DNA of 64,000 nucleotides, taken from positions 416,001 through 480,000 of the forward strand of contig JAYFMW010000003.1 in NCBI GenBank assembly GCA_042408215.1, in the 5' to 3' direction. Position 1 is the stretch's first letter. Each line of letters starts with the position of its first letter. Below, in pieces: positions 1-10,529 of the stretch. The translations under genes and the position numbers were made by a program. The stretch comes from Microcoleus sp. (GTDB lineage: Bacteria; Cyanobacteriota; Cyanobacteriia; Cyanobacteriales; Microcoleaceae). The notes below the pieces were generated by a model. That model saw nothing but the letters and a program-made list of their open reading frames with translations. It searched no databases and was not told the origin of the DNA.

Positions 1-163
1 TCCTGGACGCACAAACTCTATCTGTAGGGCGATGCACACCGCACAGAGCCTCTACCAATAGCGGATAGAACCATTTTTTGCGTAAGTTCTGTAGGAATGT
101 CAGGCACAATTTTGATATTATAGCACAATAGAAATGTCAAACTATTAGCAAAACTACCTAAAA

Positions 164-1456
164 ATGCCTTATTTGACAGTAGCCAACGAAATCAAAGCAC
201 TCATCGCTAAATTTTCCCAAGCTAGAATCCTGTGGATTGATACAGAAATAGCTGACTATAAATTTAACCCCAAATTGTCTCTAATTCAGGTGTTAGCTGA
301 CTCCAGAGACTTGACTGGCGATGCCACTTTTCTGCTCGATGTCTTGGATAAACCTGAATTGGCGACAGCTTTTATCAACCAAATCATGGTCAATCCAAAC
401 ATTGAAAAAGTGATGCACAATGCCAGCTATGATATCAGATTTTTGGGGAATGATGATGCCAAAAATATCACTTGCACCTTGCAAATGGCGAGAAAAATTC
501 CGGCTTATATTCTACCATTACCCAACCGACAACTGAAAACTTTAATAGAAACACTTTGTAACATTGCTTATGTAGATAAAACAGAACAAGGTGGCGATTG
601 GGCCAAGCGTCCCCTGACTGAAAAGCAGCTAGAATATGCCAAGATGGACGCGGTTTATTTAGCTAGAGTGCATGGCCACCTGCTAGAAATTATTGACAAA
701 TGTTACCCCGATCCCGCCACAGAAAACTTGACAGCATTGGGGAAACAATATCAGAAAATAGAAGCTCAGTGGAAACCGCTAGATTCAGAAATTGCTGAGG
801 TTAAAGAACGCTTTAAAGCCGCGATGCTGGCGAAAAAGCTCAAAGACAGTTCTTATTTTGAGCTATCCAGTTCGATCGCGATGAAAGTAGATTTTCTCAC
901 CCTCGCAAATCTGACGCAAACTGAGGGAATTGAGTTAAATTTTCCGGTAACGCTGACTAAAGAAATTCAAAGACAGTTAGGACAACTTATCAGTCATCCA
1001 TCTTTGCAAGTGGAGGATATTGCGAGTTGGCGGTTGACTTCCAACATACAACAGTGGCGAAAATCAACTAAAAAAATTGTGCCGGAACCGGCGAGTGAGG
1101 ATTTAGTAGCATTGGGGGAAAGGTACAAAGAAATTTTGCCTGAGTGGAAGTTGTTGGATTCAGAAATTGAGCATCTGAAAGAGCGAGTTAAAAAAGCAAT
1201 GTTGGTGCAAAATCAGGGGAATAATCCCTATTTTAAGCTCTCCAGTTCTTCTATTTTGAAAGTAGATTTTGCGAACTTGGCAAGACTTGTGCAATCTGTG
1301 GGAATTGAGTTGGATTTTATGGTGACGCTGACTCAATATATCCAAAAACGGTTAGGGGAAGCGATTAATCAAATTGATGTGCAAGTTGAGTATATTACCA
1401 GTTGGCGGATGAGGGCTAAGGCTGTGGAAGATGAAGATGAGGAAATCCCGTTTTAA
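164..1456 (+). CDS. RNase D-like DEDDy 3'-5' exonuclease with a tandemly duplicated ~125-aa C-terminal domain
   Basis: ExoI WIDTE, ExoII MHNASYD and ExoIII YAKMDA motifs, DW..RPL motif; C-terminal segment repeated twice. Confidence 0.85.
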   Translation: MPYLTVANEIKALIAKFSQARILWIDTEIADYKFNPKLSLIQVLADSRDLTGDATFLLDVLDKPELATAFINQIMVNPNIEKVMHNASYDIRFLGNDDAKNITCTLQMARKIPAYILPLPNRQLKTLIETLCNIAYVDKTEQGGDWAKRPLTEKQLEYAKMDAVYLARVHGHLLEIIDKCYPDPATENLTALGKQYQKIEAQWKPLDSEIAEVKERFKAAMLAKKLKDSSYFELSSSIAMKVDFLTLANLTQTEGIELNFPVTLTKEIQRQLGQLISHPSLQVEDIASWRLTSNIQQWRKSTKKIVPEPASEDLVALGERYKEILPEWKLLDSEIEHLKERVKKAMLVQNQGNNPYFKLSSSSILKVDFANLARLVQSVGIELDFMVTLTQYIQKRLGEAINQIDVQVEYITSWRMRAKAVEDEDEEIPF

Positions 1457-1466
1457 GTAATAAAAT

Positions 1467-1577
1467 CAGGACTTACGCATGGGGGCCCAGAAACCGGGTT
1501 TTTTTACGAAAATACTTGATTGTAGCCCGCAGATTCGGTGAAAAACCCGGTTTCTTTGTCGGAGTGTGTCCAGGACT
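1467..1577. repeat. Dispersed MITE-like repeat (AGGACTTACGCA end, internal GAAACCGGGTTT/AAACCCGGTTTC palindrome)
   Basis: Same terminal and internal motifs as the copies at 53776-53877 and 55836-55937; a related end TGCGTAAGTTCT occurs at ~79-90. Confidence 0.65.
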
Positions 1578-1713
1578 AAAAATATCACCTTTCCGCTCAT
1601 TCCTCCTATGCTCATTTATTCCGAGGATAGGATGTAAAGTTTTGCAACGCTTCAGCCTTGCTTGCATTATGCGATCGCTACAAACACGGCGATCGCCTCT
1701 CCAGATGACGAAA

Positions 1714-2217
1714 TTAACTTGATTTCTGTTCTAAATCCATAGAAATTCCGCAAACTGCGGTTTCGATGTTCTCCGCTGAAGGTGGAAGTATCTGAAATCC
1801 ATGCTTCTTGTACCATTTGACAAGGTTAGGATTATTGTTGATGTCTTCTTGAGTTAGAGAACCGTATATTCGCTTGAATCCCCGCTGACGAGCTTTCGCT
1901 ATCGCAAACTGTAACAGGTGAGTTCCCAACCCTCTTTGACGATAATCGATTGGTTTGGGCTTGACTAGGCGCCCCCAAAGACGTGCCCATAAGTGCGGTG
2001 GAGTGTGAATTATATCATTGCGAATAATGATATCGCCTATCATCAATTTACCGGGCGGATTTAAAACGCATTGAAGTCTACCAACTTCGCTGTTGCGGTA
2101 CAGGAGTTTGATAATAAAATATTTGTCTTCGTCCCCAGCTACTTTCATGCGGTACTCTCGTCCCTCGCGATCGAGAATAATAATAGGCTCGGTGCTTTCC
2201 GATAAACTTTCCAACAT
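1714..2217 (-). CDS. GNAT-family N-acetyltransferase
   Basis: Acetyl-CoA motif YRQRGLGT..L and C-terminal WYKKHGF. Confidence 0.85.
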   Translation of the reverse strand: MLESLSESTEPIIILDREGREYRMKVAGDEDKYFIIKLLYRNSEVGRLQCVLNPPGKLMIGDIIIRNDIIHTPPHLWARLWGRLVKPKPIDYRQRGLGTHLLQFAIAKARQRGFKRIYGSLTQEDINNNPNLVKWYKKHGFQILPPSAENIETAVCGISMDLEQKSS

Positions 2218-2374
2218 AATTTATTTTTAGTTCAATTAATAACAAACATTATAACAAACATTGAGAGAATTATGGCCCTCTAAATAGTTTACTCTCTCTG
2301 TTAGCATCGGCTGCGCCTTTGCAGTTCATTTCCAGCCATATTTGAGCAAGGTGGGCAAATGCCCACCCTAATTC

Positions 2375-4912
2375 CTACTTCCCTACCGTGAAATACTCAT
2401 TCTTAGCATACACACTAATAATGCAGTCTCCCACTTCAAAAAACATCCCCTCTTGCTCATCTTTAGAGAATTGCAAATTCCCATACTTCGCACCAATCTC
2501 ATCAGCAGTCGCAGCTTTAGCCTCCATTTCATCGGGGATAATTCCAGTAGAACCGATGTAGAAAACCAGCGGCGAAATTTGCTCGCCATACACCTTTTTA
2601 GCATAAGCTTCCAGTCGTTCATTCCCACTAGCTAAAGCGGCTACAAACTCCTCTCGCTTGACATCTTCTTCTTGCCATTTTGCTTGCAAAAGCCGCAGCA
2701 GACTATCTGCACCAACTTTTGATAAAATAGCGGCGATCGTCCCGTTATTCTCCAACCCCAAAAACTCATCAAAAATCAGCTTCATCAAGTCGTCAACTTT
2801 GGTAATTTTTGTGCGGGATGACAGTGTTTTGTGTGCGAAAACAACAGGCGCATCTAAGATGATGTCGAAGGTGGGTTTTTCTAATTTTTCGCCTGTATCT
2901 TTGTGGTAAACTTCGTAGAGCCGATCGAGAAATTTATTAGCTGAGTGGAATTTGCCGAAATTGAGGATGTTTTTGCTACCAATGTCGATTTTGTAGCTGA
3001 CTCGCGAATCTACTGAACCGTTGGCGATCGCACTTTTTAAATCTGTGTATTCCGTCGTCGTCGGAAAGTTGAGATAAAGGCTTTTCGACAGATAATGCTG
3101 TTTCAACTCATCCAATTGTTCAGCAGTATAAACCTCTGATTCTTCTTTCAAATGAGCTGATAGAATGCTGGCCAGAATTTTAATTTCTGCGAGTTCCTCA
3201 AACACTCCGTCAAGGCTACCGTAACGCCCGTCAAAAGGCACTAGCGGCAGATTATCTAACTTAATGTCGTACTGCGAACGAAAGTCGAATTCCTCAGCAG
3301 GCGAACCGTCTTTTTCAATTACACCGCATCTCTTGAGCAAATCAAACACTGCTTTGCTGCTGATTTTAACTCGCATCGACTTAATATTAATTTCGCCGTC
3401 GCTGACAATGGTATAATTGTTGAAAGTAGTGATTTCGTTAACCAAAATTCCGGCAACTTCCTCAATATGAGTGCCATCCTCAACTTTTACCAGCTTCACT
3501 TTCCTGGTAATCAGCATATTGATGGTAGCCGTATTTTGATTGATGGCAAATGAACCCATCTGCACGTACTCCCCACGGTCTAAAAATTCTGTTTTCAGCC
3601 CAGGTTTGATCGGGTTGCCGTTTTCGTCTCGCTTCCCTTCAATGCGTTTTAAACCTGTGCGCTGATAGTTTTCCTGCAAGTGTTTGAAATTGATAATAAT
3701 GCTGTTGTTGTGTTCCTCGAAGATCTTGATTAACTCTAGCAAGGAAATTTTGTCGCTGACTTTGACCCGATCGCCTATTTGATGATTTTTCAACACATCG
3801 GGCTCAAAAATAGCCTGTTCTAAATCTTCCGTCAAGTCAGCTATTTGGGCATTTGTGAGAGCTTTGGCGTGTTTTTCGGTCAAAGTAGCGTCGAAGGTAC
3901 TCGCTAGTGCATACTTGGCGATATTCAAATTGCCCTCAGCCAGGTTAGCCTTAGCAAAAGCAAACACTGAATCATCTGTTTGAGCAACGGGAACGTCTAG
4001 TTTTACATACTCTTCTTGGGTGACTTTTTGATATTTGTAAAACAGTCCTTCATCATCGGCTTTAAGTCCGCAGATTTTCAGCGTACTTGATGAACCGTTG
4101 ATTTTTTTAGCACTTTTGGCAACAAAAACCTGGTAATCATACTCCTTGATTAATGGTTCTTCCAGCGCAGGTGCAACGGAACCACCTAACAGTTTTGCTG
4201 TATCGTAAAGAGCATTATAAACCATTTTGACTTCGCCAGCTCGGATGCACTTACCCGATAATGTGTTGGCGATTTTGGAGAGCAATTTAAAGTCAGCACT
4301 GGCATAGGATATTGTGTTGGCAAACACATCCATGTCTTTGAGTTCGGCGCAAATTGCCTCTAGTGCTGCGGCTTCTGAATTGGGACTGGGGTCATTTGCA
4401 TAGCCGTCGCTGTGTAAATTGATCGCTGTCATTTCTCCGGCTTTAATCAGAGATTTGGCGAGTTTCATTGACTGCGATATGCAGGTACTGCCGGCGGTAT
4501 GTATTTTTTGAATTTCTTTGATGTAGGAAGAGTTAAATTTCATCACTTCTTGAATGGGGATTCGCTGGAAGTGACAAATTACGTCCCGATTTGAGGCGTA
4601 GGAAATCAGGCTGACAATTAGTTGGTAATTGTTGTATTCGTCTAATGTCAAAAGCTTGATTAGGGTTTGTTTCAGCGGCTCTAGGTCATAATACATGGAG
4701 CCGGAACGATCGATGATGATGATGCTGTGAGCAACGGATTTTTCTGGGAGATCACCGGGCTTTCTTTCTAGATTTGTGCGATCGACTAGATAGAATGCTT
4801 TTTCGTTTCCGGCAAAATTGTAGAGGGTAAATTTGGTGCGAGTATGGTCGGCTGCTTGGCTGCTGGAACTTTGAGGCTTTACCTGGGAGGGTTGTTTTGT
4901 TTGGCGTGCCAT
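2375..4912 (-). CDS. Large von Willebrand factor A (vWA) domain protein
   Basis: MIDAS motif IIDRSGSM and LHSDG; start placed at MARQ (4912), although the ORF track extends to 4972. Confidence 0.8.
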   Translation of the reverse strand: MARQTKQPSQVKPQSSSSQAADHTRTKFTLYNFAGNEKAFYLVDRTNLERKPGDLPEKSVAHSIIIIDRSGSMYYDLEPLKQTLIKLLTLDEYNNYQLIVSLISYASNRDVICHFQRIPIQEVMKFNSSYIKEIQKIHTAGSTCISQSMKLAKSLIKAGEMTAINLHSDGYANDPSPNSEAAALEAICAELKDMDVFANTISYASADFKLLSKIANTLSGKCIRAGEVKMVYNALYDTAKLLGGSVAPALEEPLIKEYDYQVFVAKSAKKINGSSSTLKICGLKADDEGLFYKYQKVTQEEYVKLDVPVAQTDDSVFAFAKANLAEGNLNIAKYALASTFDATLTEKHAKALTNAQIADLTEDLEQAIFEPDVLKNHQIGDRVKVSDKISLLELIKIFEEHNNSIIINFKHLQENYQRTGLKRIEGKRDENGNPIKPGLKTEFLDRGEYVQMGSFAINQNTATINMLITRKVKLVKVEDGTHIEEVAGILVNEITTFNNYTIVSDGEINIKSMRVKISSKAVFDLLKRCGVIEKDGSPAEEFDFRSQYDIKLDNLPLVPFDGRYGSLDGVFEELAEIKILASILSAHLKEESEVYTAEQLDELKQHYLSKSLYLNFPTTTEYTDLKSAIANGSVDSRVSYKIDIGSKNILNFGKFHSANKFLDRLYEVYHKDTGEKLEKPTFDIILDAPVVFAHKTLSSRTKITKVDDLMKLIFDEFLGLENNGTIAAILSKVGADSLLRLLQAKWQEEDVKREEFVAALASGNERLEAYAKKVYGEQISPLVFYIGSTGIIPDEMEAKAATADEIGAKYGNLQFSKDEQEGMFFEVGDCIISVYAKNEYFTVGK

Positions 4913-5074
4913 GTTTCTAGCCTGTGTTGATGTATTAATCAACACTGTGGCACAGGGTTTTGTGGATGTCAAGGCCGATCGGGAAAATCAGGAAAGCACA
5001 ACCAGTGATTTTGACACTGATACAGGGATGAATTATCGACTGTGAGTCAGATGTTGAAGTCAGAATGCTTTTCG

Positions 5075-5135
5075 GCCCAATTCCCAATGCCCCATGCCCA
5101 ATTCCCCATGCCCAATTCCCAATGCCCAATTCCCA
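5075..5135. repeat. Short tandemly repeated heptamers (CCCAATT/CCCAATG/CCCCATG, STRR)
   Basis: Direct reading of ~8 heptamer units. Confidence 0.85.
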
Positions 5136-5142
5136 AGGCCCG

Positions 5143-5370
5143 CTAAATTCTAACTTTCCTTTTTCCTTGGACACTTAACTGTTTGGAAATCCATGTATAG
5201 TAATGCAAAGCAAATACCAGGTTAATGGTAAAAAATACCAAAGTTAAAACAAAGGTCAAAAACGACGTAAACGACAGCCCAGAAATCATCGTAAATATCG
5301 CTAAAATGATTGAGCACAGCCCAAAACCTGAAGCAAAAGAACTTAGAAGCAACAACCGTACCTTAGACAT
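5143..5370 (-). CDS. Small two-helix membrane protein
   Basis: 75-aa ORF with two hydrophobic segments. Confidence 0.55.
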   Translation of the reverse strand: MSKVRLLLLSSFASGFGLCSIILAIFTMISGLSFTSFLTFVLTLVFFTINLVFALHYYTWISKQLSVQGKRKVRI

Positions 5371-5458
5371 AGTTCACTCTTAAAATTAACATCTAAAATT
5401 CTCAATAAAATTAACTATTTGCAGATCCATCTGAGTGCCAAATGATACTTATTAATAT

Positions 5459-6906
5459 TTGACACTCCCCGGTCTAAAGACGCGGGGATTCTTAAGGACA
5501 AACTTTGGGGGATAAATCCGCCCAAAGTTTAATTCTTAAAGGGTTAGTCAGCAACCCGCTACCCACACAGCGAGATTATTAAGTCTGTGGCAAATGATTG
5601 ATTTTCGGATGATATTTGCCGCACCGTTCACATCAGCATTCAGGGTTAATCCCTGAGCCGAACGATACAAACCTCGTTTAATTCTTTTACCTGATGGTTG
5701 CCAATTGTCGGGTTTTTCACCGACTTTCACTGGCAGAAAGTCTCGCTCTAAGAAACTGGATTTTGATGTGTAAGATTCATCTTGCTCTACAAATCTCCAA
5801 CCCCTTAAGTCGCACTCTTGTTGTAGTCTATCTTTGACTTTGGCTGTGGGTATCTGAACAAAGTTCTGATTGGTTTTACCTCCCATATTCACTTCTTTTT
5901 TTTGTCCTTTATTCCAGCCAAAAACTATCACATTGACTTGGTGATTTTCGCAATAGTCTATCATGGTTCTGACTGCCTTGTTAACCGCATCTCTCATCCT
6001 TCTAGCGCGATTTTCTGACAACTGTTGCAGCCTTTTTGACGAGAAACCTTTAGGTAACTTATGTTGAGCGTGAGTCGATTGGAATCGCGCTTTTTCTTTG
6101 TTAAACCACTGGTTCCAAGACTTCAGCTTTTGACCATCAATGATGAATGGCTTGCCATTACTCGAAACACAGGTTAACCAGTTGTTGATACCGTGATCTA
6201 TTCCCAAAACCCCTGTTACTTCCAGACTACAACTAGGGGCTTGCTCAGTTAGACTTTCGTGGACAAATTCAACCCAAACCTCGCCATTTCTAGGGATTAG
6301 TCGAAGTTCTTTAATTGGGCAATCTTTCAGCCGTTCCGGTAAAGTCACCCAAAGGGCATCCGTCCCAAAGTGTTCTTTTCCTTTGGTTCCTAAAGGTAGT
6401 CTTACCCGATTGCCGACTATTTTTAAGGCTTGTCCCGGATAGGAGACTTGGTACATCGCTCCCTTGGTTCTGTACTTGGGCAATCTCGGTTTTTGATTAA
6501 GTTCTCCTTTTTTGGCTAACTTCTCTAAGGCTCGGAAAGAGCTAAAGGATTCAGCGACAGATTTAAGGGATTGTTGAGCTACCTGCGAGTAGAGCCACCC
6601 GTAATTCTCATTGGTCTTGGCAATTTTGTACAAGTCTGGGTATTTAATCGCGCCTTTGTCCTTGAAGTATCGTTGCCGACTTTCATAAGTGCCGACATTA
6701 AACAGATTGTTTGACCATCTGAGGATTTGCTCAACAATAGTTTTATTGAGTCCCGTTAAATGCCAAACGTCTTTTTGCACTGCATACATCCGTTTTACCT
6801 CCTTTGATTAATTGTACTATATTTAGAAATATCTAAATGGGAGACTAAAGTCTCCCAAGCCCTTTCATCCCTGGACTAAAGTCGCAGGGTTTTCAGGGTA
6901 TTTCTT
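5459..6906 (-). mobile_element. IS200/IS605-family (IS1341-type, tnpB only) element
   Basis: TTAT target motif before the left end, subterminal hairpins, right end ...GGGGAGTGTCAA; both ends shared with the mini-element at 20700-20994. Confidence 0.85.
5548..6789 (-). CDS. tnpB: RNA-guided endonuclease TnpB
   Basis: RuvC motifs GIDHG, ESYTSK, NADVNGA. Confidence 0.92.
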   Translation of the reverse strand: MYAVQKDVWHLTGLNKTIVEQILRWSNNLFNVGTYESRQRYFKDKGAIKYPDLYKIAKTNENYGWLYSQVAQQSLKSVAESFSSFRALEKLAKKGELNQKPRLPKYRTKGAMYQVSYPGQALKIVGNRVRLPLGTKGKEHFGTDALWVTLPERLKDCPIKELRLIPRNGEVWVEFVHESLTEQAPSCSLEVTGVLGIDHGINNWLTCVSSNGKPFIIDGQKLKSWNQWFNKEKARFQSTHAQHKLPKGFSSKRLQQLSENRARRMRDAVNKAVRTMIDYCENHQVNVIVFGWNKGQKKEVNMGGKTNQNFVQIPTAKVKDRLQQECDLRGWRFVEQDESYTSKSSFLERDFLPVKVGEKPDNWQPSGKRIKRGLYRSAQGLTLNADVNGAANIIRKSIICHRLNNLAVWVAGC

Positions 6907-6945
6907 ATAACGGAATTGCCCCACCAACAGCAGAACGGCTGAGTC

Positions 6946-9093
6946 CTAAAAAGGTTTGAACTCAACAGAAAAATACAGCCCGCGTTCTTGCCAACTTCTG
7001 TTGCTAGACTTAATGTCAATTAACGGAATTCCCCAGTCCAAGCGAGCACTCCACTTGTCGGCGTACTGCCACTTTAAGCCCAATCCCGCCGACAGCAAAG
7101 TATTTGCTTCCAAAGCCACGCTTCCCCCGCTATTCCACACATTGCCAAAATCCACAAAGGGCGTCACCTGCAAAAGCCCTTTTTTGTCGCCGGTGCGCCA
7201 AATCGGATACCGCAACTCGGCGGTCGCAAACAGCCCGCTATCCGCCAGCATTGCATCTTGACGATAGCCCCGCACTGTCTCCAAGCCGCCTAAACCAAAT
7301 TGTTCGATCGGCAAAAGCTCTCCCCCCGCAAGCTGCACGTCCGATCGCAGCACCAGCAGCGTCTGTTGAGCCAACAACCGCACGTACTGCAATTGACCCC
7401 GCCACGCCAAAAATTGACTGTCAGGCTCCTTATTGCTCACCGTAGCGCCAAATGCTCCCACTCCCAGACTGAACTGCGATCGCGCAGCCAACACCTGTTT
7501 CTCTGCCCTCTGAGTAAAATCCTGAAACACCCTCAGCGCCGAAACCCGAGTTTTACCCCTAGAATCAGAGCCTGGTGACAGCGGAAAATCCTCTCCCAGC
7601 AGGGATGTATCGCTCGATCGCCGAACAGCACCGATACCGATCGCGATTTCTGTTCTCGGAGTTTGGACTACAGGCTGCCGGTAAGTCAACTCATAAGTCC
7701 GGCCCGAAGCCTCAATATCCAGAGCATCAAAAGGTGGCTCAATAATATTACTCCTAGTTCTGTTGAGGCCAAAACTCACAGTACCGTTGTGCGAATTCAC
7801 CGGTAGCGTGTAAGTAAAATCTACACCATTGCTGCCCTGACTATTTGTATAAGTCAAACTCGCACTATCTCCCAAACCCAGCAAATTAGCCTCGCTGACT
7901 TCAACCCCCCTGCGCCAACTCCCCACACTGGGAGAGCGAGAATTATCAGTAAATAAGCCAGCTTGGAAAGTTTTTGCTTCTTTGACTCTGACTAACAGCA
8001 AATTAAAACCGGGGCGAGAGCCCGCTTGCAGTTCCGCTGAGATCTTTTCAAGCAGCCCGCTCAGTTGCAGCAATTGCAAGGCTGACCACAAGCGCTGTTC
8101 ATTCAGCGGGCCCCCTGTTGCCAGGGCCAAGCGACTTCTCACATAGTGAGGATTCAGCCGCCTAGTCCCGACTACATTTATACTTTCTAGCTGGCCTTCT
8201 AGCACTAATATTCTCACAACGCCACCCGCCAGGGTTTGTGGGGGAATCAGGGCCCCTGAAGTGATGTAACCTTTGCTGATGTAGAGTTGACCCACGGCAG
8301 AACGGGCTTGCAGCAGTTCGGCGAAAGTGAGAGGGCGGCCTACAAAGTCTTTGAGTACAGCGTCTAATTCTGCTTTGCTAAAGACGGTGCTACCAACTAC
8401 TTCAAATCGATCGACCTCGATCGTACCGGGAATGTTGAGCAATTCTTCTGGCTGTGTCGGCGCGGGTGCTGCTGGTTGCAGAAGTTGTTCTGGGGGAGGT
8501 AGGGGCGCTGGTAGCGCGGGTTCTGGGAGGGGCGCGGGAGTTGGCCCAATCCGGCTGGGAATGGGAATTGCTGGTCTGTTTTCTCCTCGGTTTGGCAATT
8601 GAGCCAGAGTTGTTTCGGTTTCAGATATTGCACCATTTTCGATCGGGCTTTCAGGGCCCGCACTCCCGCCCACCCCAGCATCAACTCGATCTGTTGTGGA
8701 ACGGGCATCTTGCGCGTTCCTGAGAATGGTGCAAGATGTGAGGGATCTCTCACTTTCTGTCGCCCGATCGAACTCCGGGATGTCGGGATTTTGATCTTTA
8801 CTGTATGTATCTAGTTTGGGAACATTGTATAAATCACGGGCGGTGCGATCGTCATTTTTGGCAGTTTCTTGATTAAATTTTAATTCCGACTGTAAATTAT
8901 CATTAAAATTTGGCGATCGCCCCTCTGACTCAGTAGCAACCGACGCAGTTCCTCGGATCGACGCTATATGCTGGGTCACGGTTGCAGCAGCTAGCGGTGG
9001 GCGCCAACAGCTACAAATTATCAGGGTGCCAAAGCGTGCTAAAGCGCTCACAAACCTGATTTCACAAAAGCCTCTGGAAGGTTGCGGGGGCAT
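6946..9093 (-). CDS. ShlB/FhaC/HecB-family two-partner secretion outer-membrane transporter (TpsB)
   Basis: POTRA region (LYISKGYITSGA), VRGY motif, C-terminal beta-barrel ending in F. Confidence 0.92.
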   Translation of the reverse strand: MPPQPSRGFCEIRFVSALARFGTLIICSCWRPPLAAATVTQHIASIRGTASVATESEGRSPNFNDNLQSELKFNQETAKNDDRTARDLYNVPKLDTYSKDQNPDIPEFDRATESERSLTSCTILRNAQDARSTTDRVDAGVGGSAGPESPIENGAISETETTLAQLPNRGENRPAIPIPSRIGPTPAPLPEPALPAPLPPPEQLLQPAAPAPTQPEELLNIPGTIEVDRFEVVGSTVFSKAELDAVLKDFVGRPLTFAELLQARSAVGQLYISKGYITSGALIPPQTLAGGVVRILVLEGQLESINVVGTRRLNPHYVRSRLALATGGPLNEQRLWSALQLLQLSGLLEKISAELQAGSRPGFNLLLVRVKEAKTFQAGLFTDNSRSPSVGSWRRGVEVSEANLLGLGDSASLTYTNSQGSNGVDFTYTLPVNSHNGTVSFGLNRTRSNIIEPPFDALDIEASGRTYELTYRQPVVQTPRTEIAIGIGAVRRSSDTSLLGEDFPLSPGSDSRGKTRVSALRVFQDFTQRAEKQVLAARSQFSLGVGAFGATVSNKEPDSQFLAWRGQLQYVRLLAQQTLLVLRSDVQLAGGELLPIEQFGLGGLETVRGYRQDAMLADSGLFATAELRYPIWRTGDKKGLLQVTPFVDFGNVWNSGGSVALEANTLLSAGLGLKWQYADKWSARLDWGIPLIDIKSSNRSWQERGLYFSVEFKPF

Positions 9094-9106
9094 GACAAAT
9101 TAGTAG

Positions 9107-10529
9107 TATTGTAAAACTTCATTGAGTCTATAAGCAATTATAAACAATAATGGTATTATATTGTTGTGAGTGTTGAATAAGGAATACGCATAGCCCAAAA
9201 AACGCAAGTCTCAAATGCAACTAACAGAGAGGCACATCATTAAATCAACGGAACACCGTTTCGCCCAAATAGACGAGCTAGCTTTCAAGTCCAAAAACCT
9301 CTACAATGCCGCCAATTACGCCATTCGTCAGAGTTTTATTTATGGGTGGGGCTATGTCAATTACAACGAAATGAACCGATTGATGAAGTCTCACGAAGCA
9401 TATAAGGCGATGCCAGCTAAGGTAAGTCAGCAAATCTTGATGGTGCTAGACAAGAATTGGAAATCGTTTTTTGAGGCCGTTAAAGCTTACAAAGCTGACT
9501 CTTCAAAATTCACGGGTAGCCCAAAATTGCCAAAGTACAAAGATAAGACTAAAGGGCGAAATCTTCTCGTCTACACGATTCAAGCAATTAGCAGCAAACA
9601 GTTGAAGAAAGGAATCATTAAACTTTCCGGCACTGAACTTTCAATTAAAACCCAGGTCAATCCCAACCAGATTTGTCAGGTTAGACTGGTTCCGAAATGT
9701 GATTCCTATGTAATTGAGGTGATTTATGATGCTTGTACTGAGCGTAGTCGAAGTGAACCGGAGTCCACCCTTGGCAATGCCAGCTCTGTAGCTAGTATTG
9801 ATTTGGGACTGGATAATTTAGTGGCGTTAACTTCAAATCAGCCGGGATTTATCCCTTTGTTGATTAACGGGCGACCATTAAAATCGATTAACCAGTTCTA
9901 TAACAAACGCAAATCCCGATTACAATCCCAGTTAAAAGGGAATCGTCAAACCTCACCCAGGATTCAGCGATTAACTCGCTGTCGCAATCAGAAAGTTGAT
10001 AATTACTTGCATCATGCTAGTCGTGTGATTGTTGCGATTTTAAATACAAAACAAATTGGGACGCTAGTAATTGGCAAGAATGCACAGTGGAAAACTGAAA
10101 TTGATCTAGGGAAGCAAACCAACCAAAACTTTGTTAGTATTCCTCACTCTCGATTAATTGAAATGTTGGAGTACAAAGCTCGGTTGGTGGGAATCACAGT
10201 AATTGTGCAGGAAGAATCCTACACATCGCGGGCCAACTTCGTGGGTCTAGACCCAATCCCTGTCTACGGGAAAACAGAAAAAGAGCCAATGTTTACTGGT
10301 AAGCGTATTAAGCGAGGTTTGTACAAAACATCGACTGGTCAGTTAATTAATTCTGATATCAACGCTTCGTACAACATCCTCTCAAAAGCAATCCCAAATG
10401 CCTTCAGCGATGGGATAGGTCGTGGGCGTAGTTCAGCCGAGGCGGGTTAATCCGCTCAAAGTAAAAGTGAAGGGGGAGGGACTTGAAGCCTCCCATGCCT
10501 ATAAATGACTATACTTTTACCAGCTATTT
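9107..10529 (+). mobile_element. IS607-derived tnpB-only element, inserted at an AG dinucleotide just upstream of the tpsB start codon
   Basis: Ends (TATT..AAAACTT / GACTATACTTTTACCAGCTATTT) shared with the copy at 21036-22447; dinucleotide core on both sides. Confidence 0.7.
9215..10450 (+). CDS. tnpB: TnpB carrying an in-frame 8-aa repeat insertion
   Basis: SIDLG, EESYTS, NSDINAS; paralogue of 21057-22336. Confidence 0.9.
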   Translation: MQLTERHIIKSTEHRFAQIDELAFKSKNLYNAANYAIRQSFIYGWGYVNYNEMNRLMKSHEAYKAMPAKVSQQILMVLDKNWKSFFEAVKAYKADSSKFTGSPKLPKYKDKTKGRNLLVYTIQAISSKQLKKGIIKLSGTELSIKTQVNPNQICQVRLVPKCDSYVIEVIYDACTERSRSEPESTLGNASSVASIDLGLDNLVALTSNQPGFIPLLINGRPLKSINQFYNKRKSRLQSQLKGNRQTSPRIQRLTRCRNQKVDNYLHHASRVIVAILNTKQIGTLVIGKNAQWKTEIDLGKQTNQNFVSIPHSRLIEMLEYKARLVGITVIVQEESYTSRANFVGLDPIPVYGKTEKEPMFTGKRIKRGLYKTSTGQLINSDINASYNILSKAIPNAFSDGIGRGRSSAEAG

